64,000 bases of DNA, from positions 744,001 through 808,000 of the forward strand of contig NEEC01000024.1 in assembly GCA_002189035.1 (NCBI GenBank), in the 5' to 3' direction. This document shows positions 60,967-64,000 of the stretch, in pieces (the first letter of the stretch is position 1; every line of letters begins with the position of its first letter). The notes below the pieces were generated by a model that made no database searches, was not told where the DNA came from, and was given only the letters and a program-made list of their open reading frames with translations. The translations under genes and the position numbers were made by a program. This DNA comes from Utricularia gibba. Lineage: Eukaryota > Plantae > Magnoliophyta.

Positions 60967-63730
60967 GCATAACACACATTTTTCCTGAATTTTATAATAT
61001 AAAATAGTTATATTTTATTGTGGTTTAGGTTAGATAAATGTGTTTCTTTTATGTTTATGTGTATTTAAGTTAATTTTGTGTGTTTGTGTTAAAAAGTGGA
61101 CTAAATCCTTTGATTTAGTCCACAAAATTTGTTACTAATGTTTTAGTAAGTTCAGCAGGGAGTTCAGCAGGAAAATCAGACTTGCAAACGTGTGCAACAA
61201 GTGAAAAAGGGTGCAATATCTGGAGAAGGACAAAGAGCACTGTTCTGCCGCCACCTACAGTCTGCAAGTTTAGGCCGGAATCAGTGCTGGCAGTCAAGAA
61301 TAGTGCTGGCGGTCAGGAACAGTGCAATGGAGTGAAGGAGAGTAGATATTTATTTCGAAAAGGAGAGAGAGTGGGAAAAGACAGCAATAGCGAGGAGACG
61401 CAAGGGGGCTTCTTCCCCAACGCGAAAAACACCAACCAGAAGGGGGGGGGGGGGGGGGAGAAGGCCTTCATCATCAAGAGCAGCACCAGAGCCCAGTCCA
61501 GCGCTACTGTTCTAGGCTGTGAACAGTAGCAACCGGGCGAAAGAACAATCTTTATTTGCTTTCAGCTTTCGGAATGTTTCGAGTTTTTTTTGTACCTGAC
61601 TTGCTTACAATGTTTCTATCATTTTCTCCAACTTATCTGAAAGAAATTGTGTTTTATTTTCCAAGCATGAGTGGCTAAAGTTTTAGGGATGTCTTAGGGT
61701 GAAGTATGGTGGTGTGTGATTGGGGTTAATAATGAAGTTTATATTTGTTCCTTAGCTCTTGTTTCTATCAAATCATGTGTAGACCTAAGAAAGTGAATAA
61801 GTAGCTTCGCAACTTAGATGCTTGATTTAGAGGTAGACCAAAAAATCAAGGCGGGAGCAGTAGGTATTAGTCCGAGGTAGAACCATTAGAACCCGTTAGA
61901 CCTAGTTCTATATGCTTTGATTGCGGGTAGACCTAATTGCAATGTTGGTTATGATATTGGGGATTAGCTTAGCCTAAAATATGATGAATGACCTTGGTCG
62001 ACTTGGGTTATTTGAAGTTGTGAGTTTAGGAACATGATAAATTAAATTAGGAACCTTAGCATAACACCACCTACAGATCCTTAAGGCATCTTCGTGTTAT
62101 TCTGAGTTAAAACCAGTACTTGTTATTGTTAAGTGTCATTTTCTTACTATTTCTTAGGTTGTTTTTATGTCTAATTGTGATTAGAAGTGTCTAATTAGGG
62201 GTCTATAATATGAGATTTAGGTTTTTATCTAGTTTAGGGTAATTATCCTAAATCTTGTATTTTATGTAATAATTTTATTAAGTTTAATTGAGTTTTTCTA
62301 GAGGTGCACACGTGGCAAGAAGTGAGAGAAAGAGGGTATCAGATGGAGACAAATTGGATCTTTCCGAGCTGACATTCCCTTGATTTCCAGAAGACTGCAG
62401 ACGCTTAATTACGAGCCTTGACGTGCGGAACACGGGAGTCTCTGACAGGCAACATCATTAGCATACCAGTGTCAGACGTTGCTTGCAAGTCATCCCAAGT
62501 TCAGCAGAATCACAAGGACATGAAATCTCAGACCCTCATTGAAGTGGGAGTTCTGTTCAGACGAAAAAGAGTAGTTAGTTTAGTTTTCCCTTTTGTTTCT
62601 CTCTCTAGAGGAATTTTCCTCTAGCTTCTCTCTAGAACCTTGTTTCGTTTTCTTTAGTTTGTATGGCCGTTCGCGGCTAGAAACTTCCGTTTCTGAGTTG
62701 GAACACCACCAGATCTATGTTTCGTTAGCTTATCTTCACATTTTCTTTGAATCCGAACGGGTTTCGTATGTCTTCGCGCAACTATGTCACAGTCTTTCTG
62801 TAATAATCCCCTTATTCAAGATTCATGGTTAGCTGATCACGACCTGCGGGTTTTGGAGAGGAGCAAGGTGGATAGCACCAACTCATGCCTTTTTGGCAGG
62901 AGGAAGACTACATTTTGTCTGTGGCTGTACCTCAGGATCAATGGATAGGTAGTGACCTCGTATCTGGACTCATTGGGTCATTGGCAACACTCGGGCACAT
63001 GCGCGCAATTCGGGCGTGAGGGTATGCTGGCAGGACCTCTTATTCTCACGTTTGTCCAAGGAGGAGCAACATCGGGCTATTCCCGTGCCTTCTTGCAAGA
63101 GGGAGGGTAGGCAATTCCTTACTCCTATAACCGAGTACTCGAGAGGACCAGAGAAGTGTGAATATGCAACGAACATAGCTGGATAGGATCCCAAACCCAG
63201 GAACATTTACTTTATTTAAGGTTCATCGCTTACGTTTATTTTAGTTGTTTGTTCAAAACCCTCTTATTCCCACTCAAGCTTCATCACCAACGTTTCTCAC
63301 ACTTTTTACCTTCAAAACCGTTTACAAATTGTGACAGTTGTATTCGGGGTGCCTCACCTTTCACTCAAAAACTACTCCCTGTGTTCGAGACCCGTACTAT
63401 GCTTTTGTGTTTTATGAGTTTTAAAAGTATTAAAATTTGTTGTGGAAACGACACGCATCAGTTATCTTTCGCATTGAAACCTGATATTGTTTACTGATCT
63501 TGTTTACCGCACTTGTTTACCACTGTTGGTCTGAGCTTAAACTAAGACTTATTGTTATCCCGAATTATGCATTTACTAAAACACTTAGCAAGCACAAGCT
63601 CTTCGTGATCGACCCCGATATCCACTATACAAGTTTTCTAAATTCGTATTTCGTGTAGATTAGGACATATAAATTTATTTGATAACGAAATTTCTATTTT
63701 TGCAATGGCATTAGATAATTTCGTTTATCA
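60967..63730 (+). mobile_element. Athila-type family-D LTR split by a nested family-E solo LTR
   Basis: Starts gcataacacacattttt (decayed tgataac), contains catgagtggctaa, resumes at 63461 and ends cgtttatca; homologous to 38488-39851. Confidence 0.72.
62127..63460 (+). mobile_element. Solo LTR, Athila-type family E
   Basis: Starts TGTTAAGTGTCATTTTCT like 40250 and 48781, ends acacgcatca; perfect TSD GTTAT (62122-62126, 63461-63465). Confidence 0.92.
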
Positions 63731-64000
63731 TGGTGGTTGGTTGGTGGCTCTTCTGATCTCTACTGAAAAGCTTGGATAATATACATGACCCAACTCCTAA
63801 GGCTTGGAGGTGATGCCTAAACTAAAGGGTCAAGAGACTTGGGCAAGGATAGGCTATGGGACTCATAATGTGCCTATGTGCTTGTTTTTTTAACTTTACG
63901 CTCAAGCATTTCTCTCTTTACTTCACTCATGTTTTATCTTTCTGCAAATTGCAGTAGCATGACCACTTCATGTCTTTAACTTGTTCCAAGTGTGGAGGGG
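63731..64000 (+). repeat. Direct repeat, copy 2 (runs off the window end)
   Basis: Colinear with 60614-60881 and starts exactly at the LTR-D terminus. Confidence 0.92.

Noticed and set aside
61182-61529. 115-aa ORF, and similar ORFs at 36728-37048, 39279-39605 and 40370-40786
   Set aside because: They lie inside LTRs, are not conserved as ORFs among sister LTR copies, and show no domain signal.

Overview
Land-plant (probably angiosperm) nuclear DNA, very rich in transposable elements, with one intact host gene: a 12-exon cytosolic fructose-1,6-bisphosphatase (19719-21921, minus). The rest is layered mobile DNA. A complete 6.1-kb PIF/Harbinger element (2920-9031, 14-bp TIRs, TAA TSD) sits in the intron of an older Harbinger transposase. 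There are Copia and Athila-type Gypsy remnants, a large Athila element (40250-50005) and about ten solo or partial LTRs, five of them with perfect 5-bp TSDs. A Cassandra TRIM with 5S-like LTRs lies inside a tandem duplication, and there is a MULE remnant and an old plastid psbB insertion. The most notable item is a third gene in the complete Harbinger element: a 4-exon fusion of a gypsy-type 'Transposase_28'-like domain to an FCP1/NIF-type HAD phosphatase-like domain. It has no in-frame stops, although the element's own Myb and transposase genes are broken, and a CG-containing dyad motif clusters upstream of it. All calls were made by eye from the sequence and ORF track; no database searches or alignments were run, so family names and identities are estimates.
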